NCBI GenBank assembly: GCA_963691875.1 | Contig: OY829846.1 | Span: 1,920,001 to 1,984,000 of the forward strand | DNA: 64,000 nucleotides | Source of the DNA: Aureliella sp. | GTDB lineage: Bacteria > Planctomycetota > Planctomycetia > Pirellulales > Pirellulaceae | Reading direction: 5' to 3' | In this document: positions 9,166 to 19,658 of the stretch, piece by piece | Layout of the letters: the number at the start of each line of letters is the position of its first letter | Numbering within the stretch: the stretch's first letter is position 1 | Notes under the pieces: generated by a model | The model's database searches: none | Told to the model about the DNA's origin: nothing | What the model saw: only the letters and a program-made list of their open reading frames with translations | Translations under genes and position numbers: made by a program

Positions 9166-10635
9166 TCAAGACTCCAATGCTTTGAGTTTTTCTCGTAGGG
9201 TAGCACGGTGCATTCCGAGAAGTTCTGCAGCTTTGCTTCGGTTCCCACCGCATTGCTGTAGCGCGAGCTCAAAGAGAATGGGCTCGATTTTCGACAAGAG
9301 CGTTTCGTGTATACCGACAGCGTTTTCGTTGCCCTCGAGTTGATTCGCAAACCAAGCGCGCACAGCACGTTCCAGCTTCGCTTCACCTGACTGCTGCGTG
9401 CTCATCTGAGAGGGGCGGTTGGGCTGTGCTACAGGAAAATCCTCAAGCATGACCGGTCTTCCTCGCGCCAAAACCGCGGCGTGCTCTACTGCATTCCGCA
9501 ATTCGCGAACGTTGCCATACCACGGCCGTTGCTTCAGTTGAACAAGTAACTCTGCGCTTATGGCACCTGAAGAGTGATAGCTAAACTTCGACAGGAAGTG
9601 CTCACAAAGTGCCGCTATATCTTCCTTGCGTTCTCTCAAGGGCGGCAGGTGCATCTGCAAACCGTTGAGTCGGTAAAAGAGATCTTCGCGGAAGGTCCCG
9701 TCGGCGACCGCTTGCTGCAGATCGCAATTTGTCGCGGCGAGGATTCGGACATTGCAAGGACGTGGGCGCACATCACCAACACGAAAGTACTCACGTTGAT
9801 CAAGAACACGCAGAAGTTTCACTTGAGTAGCAAGAGGCAGGTCGCCGATTTCGTCGAGTAAAACGGTCCCACCTTCCGCTTGCTCGAAAACACCTGACCG
9901 ATCACGCGTGGCACCAGTAAAAGCACCTTGAGCGTGCCCAAACAACTCGCTTTCAATCAAATCATCGTTCAGCGCCACGAGTGCAATGGGTAGATAAGGA
10001 GCCGTGTTTCTTGGGCTGTGCCGATGAATCGCAGCGGCGACCAATTCTTTTCCGGTGCCTGTTTCCCCTGTGATCAAGACGGACAGATCACTGTCGGCGA
10101 CCAGGGCGATTTGCCGGAACACCTGCTGCATCGGCGCAGAACTTCCCACGAGCTGCATTCGGTCCGTATTCGGCGTCGCTGCCGACGCCGATTCAGCAGA
10201 AGCGTCCTCAGGGACATCAATCACTTTGCGAAAGTGGTTTGCAAGTGCGTTGCGACAACTCTTCTTCACCTCTTCCAAATCGAATGGCTTAGTGACATAA
10301 TCCGTTGCACCTTGCTGTACTGCTGTCACGGCCGTTTCAAGATCACCAAAAGCAGTCATGATGATAACAGGAGCTTCCGCTGATTCTTCTCGGAAAGTCG
10401 GCAGCGCGCTAAGCCCGTCTTGCTTCGGTAGACGCACATCTAGCAATATCAGATCAGGCCTTCGCTCCTCCAACATGGCGAGCCCGTCTTCCGCTGACGA
10501 ACAAGTGACGACTTCATGCCCCTCAGACACAAACATTCGTTCGAACGCCCAGCATATCGCAGGCTCGTCATCGACGACGAGAATCAAGCTGCGCGGAACA
10601 GCCTTAGTGTCCAGCTCAGTTTCCGTATGGCTCAC
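9166..10635 (-). CDS. Sigma-54-dependent response regulator (NtrC family: REC-AAA+-HTH)
   Basis: ILVVDDE, LLDVRLP, GETGTGKE, ESELFGH, GAFTGA, LLDEIGD, WYGNVREL, GNRSKAAELLG. Confidence 0.95.
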   Translation of the reverse strand: MSHTETELDTKAVPRSLILVVDDEPAICWAFERMFVSEGHEVVTCSSAEDGLAMLEERRPDLILLDVRLPKQDGLSALPTFREESAEAPVIIMTAFGDLETAVTAVQQGATDYVTKPFDLEEVKKSCRNALANHFRKVIDVPEDASAESASAATPNTDRMQLVGSSAPMQQVFRQIALVADSDLSVLITGETGTGKELVAAAIHRHSPRNTAPYLPIALVALNDDLIESELFGHAQGAFTGATRDRSGVFEQAEGGTVLLDEIGDLPLATQVKLLRVLDQREYFRVGDVRPRPCNVRILAATNCDLQQAVADGTFREDLFYRLNGLQMHLPPLRERKEDIAALCEHFLSKFSYHSSGAISAELLVQLKQRPWYGNVRELRNAVEHAAVLARGRPVMLEDFPVAQPNRPSQMSTQQSGEAKLERAVRAWFANQLEGNENAVGIHETLLSKIEPILFELALQQCGGNRSKAAELLGMHRATLREKLKALES

Positions 10636-10681
10636 AAAGTCCTCAGAGTTCTGCGTGTTTCATCACTATTGGTAATCATTT

Positions 10682-12034
10682 TCAGCCGCTAGATTGGACG
10701 GCGCACTGGAATTCAAAAACGGTCCAACCTTCCTCTCGGTGCCATTCTACTTTGCCTTGAAGTTGTTCGGCAGAGCGTTTTACCAGTGGTAGACCAAGTC
10801 CCATCCCTTCCGGTTTCGTGGTCACGAAAGGTTCGAAGATCTCATTTTCGATCCCCGAATCCACACCCGGACCATTGTCGCGAACCACGACCGAAAGGAG
10901 TTCTGGACCTTGAATGCATGCGTGAACCGCCACACAATCTGCGACTTGAACTGCATTCAAAATCAGGTTCGAAATCGCAGCCTGAAAGCTACCGGCATCC
11001 GCCAAACTGCAATCCACCTCTCCCAGCATCAGATCCCACGTTAGTTTGCACTGCAAGTGCGCGGCAATGGAAGTCATATTATCCTGCAAATCTCGAAGCA
11101 CCTGGTCCAATTGCCCCGGTTCAGGTGCACCTTGCTGACCTCTACCGACCAGCAGAAGTCGCTTAACGTAGTCCTCCGCTACCCCGAGTTGCCGCAATGC
11201 AACTTGTACTTCTTCACTCTGACTAGATAAAGACTGGGCATGCAACTCGATAGCCAGTTTAGAACCCGTCAGAGTGTTCCGAAGCTGGTGTGCCATGCCG
11301 CCCGCGACCTGGTGAAGCAATTTCGAGCTTTGCTGCCGGTTCACTTCATTCCAAAGCTGCTGCAGCTGTGCAGCCATCGAGTCGACGGCTCGACCGAGAC
11401 GTCCTAGCTCATCGTCGCCCTTCTCTTCGCTCCGCACATCGAACTCACCTGCCGCAACCGACGCAACGCGCTGCTCCATTACTCCGAGCCGACGCGCCAA
11501 ACTATTTGCCAGCCAAAGCATGACGATACTCAATAGCAGAATCGTGGAAATTCCGGTAAGCAAAGGCAAGAACGCGGCGCGCCGACTGGCCGCATCCACC
11601 GCCGCCTTATCAAACAGAATATGAATGCGAGTGTCTGCGTTGGTGGCGCCGGTTAGCGTACCTGAAAACCGCAAGAAGTCTCTCGCCGCGATGGCGCAAG
11701 GCTGCGGTGACATGTCGAAATTCTTTATCTGCGTCAGGTCTGTATTGGAATGCTCAAGCTCCAGGCTGCTCTGAATCGATCCACGTTTGGTGATTGCGAC
11801 TAGTTCGCAGCCAGTCAGCTGCGTTAAGGAATTCACCACGTTACCTGTCAGCGGAAACGATGCCTTATCGAGCGTGTTTCGAACCGCTTCCGCCCGCTCC
11901 TGAACATCGTTGCTAGCCCACTGACTTCCCCACGAAAAAGAGAACACCCCTACGGCTGAAGCTGCGCTGATGGCGGCAGCTAGAATGGGAATCAACAGCC
12001 GAAAGCGAAAAGACTGATACCAAGCAGTTTGCAA
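10682..12034 (-). CDS. Membrane sensor histidine kinase with HAMP domain
   Basis: Two TM segments, HAMP (GDDELGRLG), H-box AHQLRN, NLILNA, DNGPG, FEPFVTTK, GMGLGL. Confidence 0.92.
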   Translation of the reverse strand: MQTAWYQSFRFRLLIPILAAAISAASAVGVFSFSWGSQWASNDVQERAEAVRNTLDKASFPLTGNVVNSLTQLTGCELVAITKRGSIQSSLELEHSNTDLTQIKNFDMSPQPCAIAARDFLRFSGTLTGATNADTRIHILFDKAAVDAASRRAAFLPLLTGISTILLLSIVMLWLANSLARRLGVMEQRVASVAAGEFDVRSEEKGDDELGRLGRAVDSMAAQLQQLWNEVNRQQSSKLLHQVAGGMAHQLRNTLTGSKLAIELHAQSLSSQSEEVQVALRQLGVAEDYVKRLLLVGRGQQGAPEPGQLDQVLRDLQDNMTSIAAHLQCKLTWDLMLGEVDCSLADAGSFQAAISNLILNAVQVADCVAVHACIQGPELLSVVVRDNGPGVDSGIENEIFEPFVTTKPEGMGLGLPLVKRSAEQLQGKVEWHREEGWTVFEFQCAVQSSG

Positions 12035-12254
12035 AACGGGCGAACCATCTGTTCAAGAGAGAAAAATCCGCGGCCAAAGCCAAGCTCTGCATTATAGGCG
12101 TAATGCCCTGGTAGAAACTTCGCCAACACAGACCAAACTTCTGCCACTGGGAGAGCAATGGGACAAGCTGATCAACTGAGAACTGTGGTGCGTTTTTCGG
12201 TCGGCCTGGATGTATCGGTAGTTTTTTCCGGCTCGCAGTGCTTTGCTTTCTAGT

Positions 12255-12270
12255 TGGCACAACGATTGCG
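12255..12270 (+). promoter_or_regulatory. Sigma-54 (-24/-12) promoter
   Basis: TGGCAC-AACGA-TTGC matches TGGCAC-N5-TTGC exactly, about 100 bp upstream of the DUF1559 gene and next to a GAFTGA activator. Confidence 0.85.
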
Positions 12271-12373
12271 GTGGCATTAGTCAGTAACCTCCGAAAGCAG
12301 AGCTAAACTTGAAGCAGCTGGCTGCTATCCAGCGGCGATTGCAGCGTGAAATACTCCCAGTAACGACCGACTG

Positions 12374-13435
12374 ATGCCAGAGAAGCAGCAGACATTTGAA
12401 CAGAACCTGCCCAATTGGAATGGAGCATCCGTTGGTCGTAGTGCCTTCACGTTGGTCGAGCTACTCGTAGTATTAGCGATCATCGGCATACTCGTCGGCT
12501 TGCTGCTACCAGCTGTGCAAGCGGCCCGCGAAGCAGCGAGGCGCATGAGCTGCCAGAATAATCTGAAGCAACTGTCTCTGGCTTGCCTTAACTACGAAAG
12601 TGCTCACAAACGACTGCCCGCGTCAACGATCATTGATTTCCGGCTCGGCAACATCTCGAACAATGGTAGCTGGGGCGTACACGGCAGGATTCTGCCTTAC
12701 CTGGAACAATCCAACTTGTACGCTCGCGTCGACCTATCAATGGGCTGGGACAATCAATCTGTCATTTCCGGGCTACGCATTCCGGTTTACTCTTGCCCCA
12801 GCGATCCATTGGCGGAAGAGGTGCGAGATCCGGGACGAGGTCGTCCCCTGCTCTATCCGACCAACTACGGCTTCAACATGGGGCGGTACTTCGTCTACAA
12901 CCCACAGACAAGACGCGGCGGTGAAGGATTGTTTTACCCCAATTCGCACCTCAAGCTTGGAAGCATTACCGACGGAACGAGTTCAACTTTGCTTGCTAGC
13001 GAAGTCAAAGCTTGGACGCCTTACACGCGGAACGGCGGCCCATCCGCCACCTCGATCCCCGCAACTCCGGCGGAAGCTGCTGCAATAGTTCACAGCGGAA
13101 CGCAGTTCAAGAATACCGGTCACACGGAATGGCCAGACGGCAGAGTGCACCACACTGGTTTTACCACCGCCTTGTCGCCGAATACCGAAGTGCTTTACAC
13201 CAATGGCGCTGATACCTACGAAGAGATGGACTTCAATTCTTGGCAGGAGGGTAAAAATGGATCTGCCGGCCCGCCTAGCTATGCGATCATCACTTCACGT
13301 AGCTTTCATACAGGTATCGTGAACTCAACACTTGCCGATGGCTCAGTGCAATCGATCAGTGAGAATATTGATCTAGCCATCTGGCGAGCCTACTCGACAC
13401 GCTCTGGCGGGGAAGTGATACAGGTCGACCATTAG
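12374..13435 (+). CDS. DUF1559 prepilin-type N-terminal cleavage/methylation protein
   Basis: [57 protein letters not shown]9-DG ([12 protein letters not shown]). Confidence 0.95.
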   Translation: MPEKQQTFEQNLPNWNGASVGRSAFTLVELLVVLAIIGILVGLLLPAVQAAREAARRMSCQNNLKQLSLACLNYESAHKRLPASTIIDFRLGNISNNGSWGVHGRILPYLEQSNLYARVDLSMGWDNQSVISGLRIPVYSCPSDPLAEEVRDPGRGRPLLYPTNYGFNMGRYFVYNPQTRRGGEGLFYPNSHLKLGSITDGTSSTLLASEVKAWTPYTRNGGPSATSIPATPAEAAAIVHSGTQFKNTGHTEWPDGRVHHTGFTTALSPNTEVLYTNGADTYEEMDFNSWQEGKNGSAGPPSYAIITSRSFHTGIVNSTLADGSVQSISENIDLAIWRAYSTRSGGEVIQVDH

Positions 13436-13669
13436 TTGCATCAGGTCCTAAAAGAGTTCAACAGTCTATGGAGCGGGCCCTGCAAAGATTGCTTCCGCTA
13501 GCTCGACAGCTTCCGTGGTTCAGGCTCTCACACGTCCTTGCTTGGCCAGTTGCGCATGGGTGTATATTGACGTGTAAGGCGAAACGAGTGTTGAATACTC
13601 ATTCCCAATCTGCACTAGCGCTAGGCTCCAAGTCACTCCAGGTTCCAAAACGCCTGTGCCATCTTGGAC

Positions 13670-14068
13670 TCAGTTGGCTCGACTAAAGATAGGAAGTGGA
13701 AGTCCGACCAACTGTCGCAAAATTCGCTGCCACATGCCATCGGTGCGATCGATATTCCCATTGTGGATTCGACCTCGATGCTCGGCAAACTTTGTTAGGA
13801 CTTCAAAGTCGGGAGTGAGCGTTCGATTGGCTTGAAGCTCCGCTGCATTTTGATGTTCTTGAAGGAGGGTATCTTCAAAGAGTACTCGATCAGATGCCCG
13901 AGATTTCAAACCCCTCACTTCGGTACATCCACGTGTGTAAGCGTAGAGTGCCGCTATCGGCATACCTATCAAATAGTTCGCTGAGAGTAGGTAGCAGCGG
14001 ATGCTTGCAGGCTCCCGAGCACCGATATCCTGAATCAATCCCCACGCCAGAAACACCAGCACTTGCAA
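13670..14068 (-). CDS. Doubtful small hypothetical protein or remnant of a degraded membrane protein
   Basis: TTG-start ORF with hydrophobic patches; the same frame continues upstream past a TAG; no recognisable family. Confidence 0.25.
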   Translation of the reverse strand: MQVLVFLAWGLIQDIGAREPASIRCYLLSANYLIGMPIAALYAYTRGCTEVRGLKSRASDRVLFEDTLLQEHQNAAELQANRTLTPDFEVLTKFAEHRGRIHNGNIDRTDGMWQRILRQLVGLPLPIFSRAN

Positions 14069-14410
14069 CTCGCTGATCGCCGTACCACTGCCCCCTTCCG
14101 TAAAAGGCTAAGCCGCCTGAGAACGCACCTTGTTGCGGAGCCCCACTCCGAACGCAACGAATCTTGTCGCGCCCAACACGATCAATGTAGGTCTGCTAGA
14201 CGTCCGGGTTGCAGTCGTGAAGTGATCCCCAACCACCGAACTGCACTTCTCGACCGTATCGCCGAAGTTGCTGACAGACCATTCTGATATTGAAAAATCC
14301 TTGTAGAAGCACTTTCGGATGTGTTTTCAGACACCAGTCGCTAACGAACTCCGTTTGGCAACTGTGCCTCGCATAACGTCTCTGCGAGATAATTCTTGAA
14401 GCGGCGAAGT

Positions 14411-14968
14411 TCACTTGGCGAGCCTGCTTTCAGATCGCAGGAGGGCCAAATGCAGAATGGCGGTACAAGTTGGACTGTGTGTTATTTCACTCGCGCGGAC
14501 CATTTCCACGGCTTCGCCGAGCCCTAGCTCCACCGCTTCGATGAGTTCCGTGCCCTCAGGATTCTTGTCGCAAGTTGACAGTTCTTGTGCGAGGAACAGA
14601 TCGACACGTGAAAAAACTGCAGCTGTGAAAGGATCGACCGTCCCGAGATGCGACCACTTGGCCGCGCGCAAACCGAGCTCTTCCGCCAATTCGCGTTCTG
14701 CAGCTTGCTCAGGCGACTCGCCTTCTTCAATCCCGCCACTGACTCCTTCGATCGTGACTTTTCCGACAGCGTAGTGAAATTCTTTGGTTAAATGCAATCT
14801 TACGCGATCGTCCAAAGCAAGCACGCATACGCCAGACTTGATCTGCACTGTTGCGTACGAGCCGGGGGCTCCATCCGGACGAGTCACTTCATCACGATAG
14901 ACTGCAAGCCAGGGATCGGAATACACATTCTTCGTAGAATGAATTGTCCAGGGGCCATGTTTTCGCAT
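14411..14968 (-). CDS. NUDIX hydrolase (ADP-ribose pyrophosphatase-like)
   Basis: Nudix box GGIEEGESPEQAAERELAEELGL; AAGGAA RBS. Confidence 0.9.
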   Translation of the reverse strand: MRKHGPWTIHSTKNVYSDPWLAVYRDEVTRPDGAPGSYATVQIKSGVCVLALDDRVRLHLTKEFHYAVGKVTIEGVSGGIEEGESPEQAAERELAEELGLRAAKWSHLGTVDPFTAAVFSRVDLFLAQELSTCDKNPEGTELIEAVELGLGEAVEMVRASEITHSPTCTAILHLALLRSESRLAK

Positions 14969-15238
14969 CTGTATTCCTTTGCTTAGAATCGCTCCTCGCC
15001 TCGTCCAATTCCCGCAAAGTTTAAGAGAATGGGCAAAGTTTTACAGCAAGAACGCAACGCTTTGGCAGGGAATTTGTTCCCAAAAGTTCATCAGACCCTG
15101 CCAGCAAATTGCCTTCAGCTAAAATGAGCGGGTAAGCAGCAAAAAACGAATACAACGAGAAAGACTTGCGAATCTCAATTCGTATTCTCATGGGATCGAG
15201 TCAAGCGGTTGCAGGTCACGAAAAAGTGAAAAGGCAGT

Positions 15239-16420
15239 ATGTCAGAAGATCTAGGACAGCAGAATTCATTCGACATTGAGTTCTCCGTACCTCAATTTCA
15301 TCGGCTTAGATTTACACAGGACTGTTTTGGAAGCGAATTCCCTATCTTACAAGATCTTTTTGAAGCGTCCGTTAATCAAAGAGCTAGGCTCCAAGTCTGG
15401 GTAGACTCGGGACTAGTCGAGCACGATTCAGGTTTGGTGGAAAGCATCACTCAGCAGTTCTCGCAAACTCCGGGCATCGAGCTCACATCTCCAGTGCAAC
15501 AAATCGCTGGAGGCGAGATCGTCAAGAATGAGCCCGAAGTAGTCAATCGACTGCTGCAGGCGATCGATGACGACAACTTGGATCGTCGCAGCTATGTGGT
15601 CGTGGTTGGTGGCGGGGCCGTTCTAGACACTGTTGGATACGCGACTGCAATCGCTCATCGCGGGTTGCGACTCGTCCGACTCCCGACGACGACACTTTCG
15701 CAGGCTGATTCAGGTGTCGGCGTGAAGAACGCTGTCAATTGGTTTGGCAAGAAGAATTGGAAAGGCACTTTCGCCACCCCTTGGGCCGTAGTCAACGACA
15801 GCAAGTTACTTGAAGGTCTCAGCGATCGTGATTTTCGCTGCGGCTTTTCGGAAGCGGTCAAAGTTGCATTGCTGAAGGATGCAGATTTCTTTTACTACCT
15901 CTGCGAAAATGCAGCCAAGATTGCCGCTCGAGAAAGCGAGCCATCGCATCACGCGATCAAAAAAAGTGTCTTATTGCACTTGAAGCACATTACCCGCGGC
16001 GGCGATCCTTTCGAAGTACAGCAAGCGCGTCCACTAGATTTCGGACACTGGGTCGCTCACAAGCTGGAGGCAGTCACTAACTATCGCCTCCGACACGGAG
16101 AAGCGGTTTCAATCGGAGTAGCCGTTGACACAGCGTATTCCTATTTGACGCAACACTTGCCGTTAGAAATTGCCGAACAAACTTTTGCATCACTTCAAGG
16201 TCTTGAGCTCCCGATTTGGGACTTCAGTCTGAAGGATGAGGTCCTCTTCGAAGGCCTTGAAGAGTTCCGGCAGCACCTTGGTGGAGAATTGACCATTACC
16301 TTGCTTCAAGATGCCGGACGACCAATCGATGTGCACCACATCAAACTGGCCGCTATGCGTGAGGCAATTCAGATGGTCAGCTACTACGCCAACATAGATC
16401 TGAGTTCGCCTGTTATTTGA
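15239..16420 (+). CDS. 3-dehydroquinate synthase-family sugar-phosphate cyclase (EboD-like subtype)
   Basis: GGEIVKN, DRRSYVVVVGGGAVLD, PTTTLSQADSGVGVKN, GKKNWKG, EAVKVAL, GGDPFE..ARPLDFGHW.AHKLE, HGEAV. Confidence 0.88.
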   Translation: MSEDLGQQNSFDIEFSVPQFHRLRFTQDCFGSEFPILQDLFEASVNQRARLQVWVDSGLVEHDSGLVESITQQFSQTPGIELTSPVQQIAGGEIVKNEPEVVNRLLQAIDDDNLDRRSYVVVVGGGAVLDTVGYATAIAHRGLRLVRLPTTTLSQADSGVGVKNAVNWFGKKNWKGTFATPWAVVNDSKLLEGLSDRDFRCGFSEAVKVALLKDADFFYYLCENAAKIAARESEPSHHAIKKSVLLHLKHITRGGDPFEVQQARPLDFGHWVAHKLEAVTNYRLRHGEAVSIGVAVDTAYSYLTQHLPLEIAEQTFASLQGLELPIWDFSLKDEVLFEGLEEFRQHLGGELTITLLQDAGRPIDVHHIKLAAMREAIQMVSYYANIDLSSPVI

Positions 16421-16428
16421 GCTGCATT

Positions 16429-18549
16429 CTAAGTTGCCAATCGCCTATCGGCGGAATTATTGGAGTTAGCATTTTGTAGTTCACGTCGCTTGGGTAGCTT
16501 TGGCAATCGGTCCTCATCCGTCTCCGACAGATATCGCACCTCGCCGAAGCCACGGTACCACTTCGCCAATGGCTCCATACTTGGCCCCGCTTGTTCTCGA
16601 AGCCGACAGGCAAACTCGTGGCAAGTTTCATTTGGCTCACGTATCCAGCCAACACTCTTCGCCAACGCATCTGCCCTCAGCATCAAGTCGGAGCAGAATC
16701 GAAATTCCCTCATGCGGCGCTGCCTTTTTCTCCGCTGCCATCTCCAAATCAATAGAGCAATTGGAAGCGCAAGGGGAACAAGCCAAAGCAATCTCTGCAA
16801 CTCGCGGCCAAAAACTAGCCTGCGAATGGAGAACCAAAACTCCATTGCGGTGGACCAGATAGAAGCCTCTCTCCGCCTTGCTTGACGCAGACTCGCTTGT
16901 ACCTTTGTCTGATCGAACCTCTCGACGTACTCCCGAATACCAGTTGTTGGCTCGAGCACGGCCCACCGCTTGAGTTCTTTATCGTAGGCCTCCAACCACG
17001 CATGCGCCTTGTCACCGGTGGCCATATAAAAATCAAGACTCTCATTCATCTCATAGACCAGATATCCGGTGCTGACACGAGCTGGAATGCCTCGTGCACG
17101 CAACATCAAGGTTGCTGCCGTAGCGAAATATTCGCAGTGCGCATCTCTTCGTTCCTCCAAGAAGGCTTGAAGGGCAGTACGTCCCGCCAAGTTTTCTTCC
17201 GGCTCTGCTAGTAGCGAGTAGTGAAATTTCTCGACGAAGAATTTCTCAATAGCTTGCATCTGTTGTGACGAGGTCGTGCTTCCCTGGCATATTTCGGAAG
17301 CGATCTGGTTAATATGCTCGGCTTCGCGGTCTGGGATGGCTAATAGTGACCCCAAATAATTTGGGTGGTCCGAGGGCTGCAATAATGGACCTGTAACAAC
17401 ACCGTACTGAGCATTTTGAATCTCCCCAGGCATCACATTCAAGTGGCGATCTACCACGATTCCCGCTTCACGCTCCACTTCGCCGACCAGCACAACTGCG
17501 TTCAACGGTACCGGGGTGAGCTTGCCGCTTCGCTCCTCAACTTCCACCGTCATCGCGCAATCAAGCGGCACAGACTCTTCTGCAAGAGAGTAAGCGAGAG
17601 GCTTCTGCACACGATATAGCGTTTCGGGGAAGGCCCAACCGCTGGAAACTTGAGTGAGTGGTACGAGATCGGAACAGAGTCCAGCAATCGGAGAGCGTTT
17701 TTGCTCCCTCCAACTTCGACCGTCGAAGGAGTCGAAACTCAGTGTGCGCATGTAACCGGGTGCCTTTGGAGCATAAACGCTAAAGACAAGTTCGCCGCCT
17801 CTCGTTCGCATGTACTGAGCGATGCTGTTTAGTCCCACTTCTTGTACAAACGCCGAGTTTGCGTTGACCCGCGTATTCTCTTGCTGCAGATCCCAATAGC
17901 CGCTGATCCACTGAATCATTTGTGGCAACGCCTGCTCTATTTCACTCCGTGAAAGACTGCCGAAGGTCATTGAGAATACTGCTAGCATCCCAAGCAAACT
18001 ACCCTTGCGACGCTTTAGCCCGGATTGGAATAACGAAAAGACAAGATCACTCCGCAACAAACCAAATGTTGCTGCGGTAAAGGCGGCGTAAATCCAGGCT
18101 AGCCTCGCCGCCGGCACTCGAAAATCGAGTGAAACCATGAGCAAAGCTATGGTCAACGCGGCCAGACCGGGAAGATAATTCGTATCCAATCCGCTGCGTA
18201 TCCGCATCAACTCAAAAGCTTGCACGAGCAGTAAGTACTGGGCGAACAGGCGGAAGAGACTCAGTACGGAATAGTCGCTCGTAAGCCTTATAACGCCAGC
18301 CAAGAAGAAACAGATCCCTGCCAGAACAAGCAAAGCAGCATGAGTTCGCCCTGAGAGCTGTCGATGCTTGAACGGCAACCAAGGTGCGATCGCCAGCCCC
18401 GCCACGATAATTGCCGATCCGAATTCTGACTGAAAAGTGCAGAAAAGCGCAACCTGTGCAAGCAGCAGAATGGAAACCACCGCTCTTCGCTGCAATGCAT
18501 TCCTCGATTCATTAACCCGCTCTGCTTGTTGTGATAGTGCGTACAACAA
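16429..18549 (-). CDS. Membrane-anchored transglutaminase-like protein (TgpA/DUF3488 type)
   Basis: Multiple N-terminal TM helices; AHCEYFATA, GIPARVSTGY, AHAWLEAY, WAVLEPT. Confidence 0.88.
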   Translation of the reverse strand: MLYALSQQAERVNESRNALQRRAVVSILLLAQVALFCTFQSEFGSAIIVAGLAIAPWLPFKHRQLSGRTHAALLVLAGICFFLAGVIRLTSDYSVLSLFRLFAQYLLLVQAFELMRIRSGLDTNYLPGLAALTIALLMVSLDFRVPAARLAWIYAAFTAATFGLLRSDLVFSLFQSGLKRRKGSLLGMLAVFSMTFGSLSRSEIEQALPQMIQWISGYWDLQQENTRVNANSAFVQEVGLNSIAQYMRTRGGELVFSVYAPKAPGYMRTLSFDSFDGRSWREQKRSPIAGLCSDLVPLTQVSSGWAFPETLYRVQKPLAYSLAEESVPLDCAMTVEVEERSGKLTPVPLNAVVLVGEVEREAGIVVDRHLNVMPGEIQNAQYGVVTGPLLQPSDHPNYLGSLLAIPDREAEHINQIASEICQGSTTSSQQMQAIEKFFVEKFHYSLLAEPEENLAGRTALQAFLEERRDAHCEYFATAATLMLRARGIPARVSTGYLVYEMNESLDFYMATGDKAHAWLEAYDKELKRWAVLEPTTGIREYVERFDQTKVQASLRQARRREASIWSTAMEFWFSIRRLVFGRELQRLLWLVPLALPIALLIWRWQRRKRQRRMREFRFCSDLMLRADALAKSVGWIREPNETCHEFACRLREQAGPSMEPLAKWYRGFGEVRYLSETDEDRLPKLPKRRELQNANSNNSADRRLAT

Positions 18550-19612
18550 TGTTCCTTTCAGTTCGGGTGTCAGTAGCGATCAATGAAGCATCAATACTGT
18601 CGTCTCGGAGCAACAGAACGATCGTTGTTCCTGAACTTGTTCTGGAAAGCGCCTCCTGAAGAACTTCCTGCCAATGGATCACTGACTCAGTACCGTTTTC
18701 TGCTGCAAGGGCGCGCTGCAGATCCTCAGAAGGCGTCGGGGCGGTAACAACGCGATGCGGAGTAAACAACTCGACTCCAATACCACGATGGTCCATCAAT
18801 TCGCTTATCACTCCCGCAGAATATGACAAGATGCGTTCGAGCAGCAGGTCTTCGCTGCGCAGCCGAAACGTGTCAGCGATAAGAGCTACCTTGAGTTCTT
18901 CGCCCTCGGAAAATTTGCGAAGTGTCGGCGTGCCAGTTCGAGCCCAGGATGCAAAATCCCAGCGCCGGACCTGCATTCCGAGTTGATACTCACGGCTGCC
19001 AACGTATTCAAACGAAGTGTGGAGCGTATTGTCACCACAGCCGTCATGCATCTCGGCTCGGTCTTGCACCTCGTCCGATATCCTCAGCCCCATCAGCATT
19101 CGTGGCGCGATGGCAAGCTCGGCGTCACAGGTATATGTCTTTAAGAAACGGAAAAGCCCTAACGGAAAGAGACTTGCAACCTGAATGGGAGGTAACTTAT
19201 AGATGCCTCTTTTCTCGGCTCGCACTCGAACGGGCAGTTTTAGCCTTTGTCCCTGCTTGATCCCTTCTAGCGAAATTGAGTCCGTCAATAGGACGACACC
19301 GGGGATCAAATTCGTAAACCGGAAGGTCAAGTCGTAAGCATCGAGCATGCCCACGTTCTCGACTTCCAAAATCAGCTCGCATTCTGTCTCTGCGTTCACT
19401 ACGCGAGGAGCTAGGACTCTTACAGTCAACGTTGGTCGATAAAACAAACCTAGTAGAAATCCAGGAACGAGTACCCAGACCAGCGAGCTAAGCAAGCCTG
19501 CCAAAGTGCTATCGACAACGGCGAAGACACTGCATGTAGTCGCCAGAAAAAGCATGCGACCAGTTACCGTAACCGGATTGCGTCTTACTGACGAGCGGAT
19601 GTAGCTAAGCAT
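18512..19612 (-). CDS. DUF58 domain protein
   Basis: N-terminal TM helices; KRGIY, FPLGLF, EYVGSREYQLGMQVRRWDF; lies between MoxR and the transglutaminase. Confidence 0.85.
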   Translation of the reverse strand: MLSYIRSSVRRNPVTVTGRMLFLATTCSVFAVVDSTLAGLLSSLVWVLVPGFLLGLFYRPTLTVRVLAPRVVNAETECELILEVENVGMLDAYDLTFRFTNLIPGVVLLTDSISLEGIKQGQRLKLPVRVRAEKRGIYKLPPIQVASLFPLGLFRFLKTYTCDAELAIAPRMLMGLRISDEVQDRAEMHDGCGDNTLHTSFEYVGSREYQLGMQVRRWDFASWARTGTPTLRKFSEGEELKVALIADTFRLRSEDLLLERILSYSAGVISELMDHRGIGVELFTPHRVVTAPTPSEDLQRALAAENGTESVIHWQEVLQEALSRTSSGTTIVLLLRDDSIDASLIATDTRTERNIVVRTITTSRAG

Positions 19613-19658
19613 GCTTGCCGGCTCCTACGTTCTTCGCCCAAAAAATTCAAGTAAACAT

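Noticed and set aside
15063..15077. TGGCAGGGAATTTGT as a sigma-54 promoter for the cyclase
   Set aside because: The -12 reads TTGT rather than TTGC, and the site is also part of a TGGCAGGG/CCCTGCCA inverted repeat
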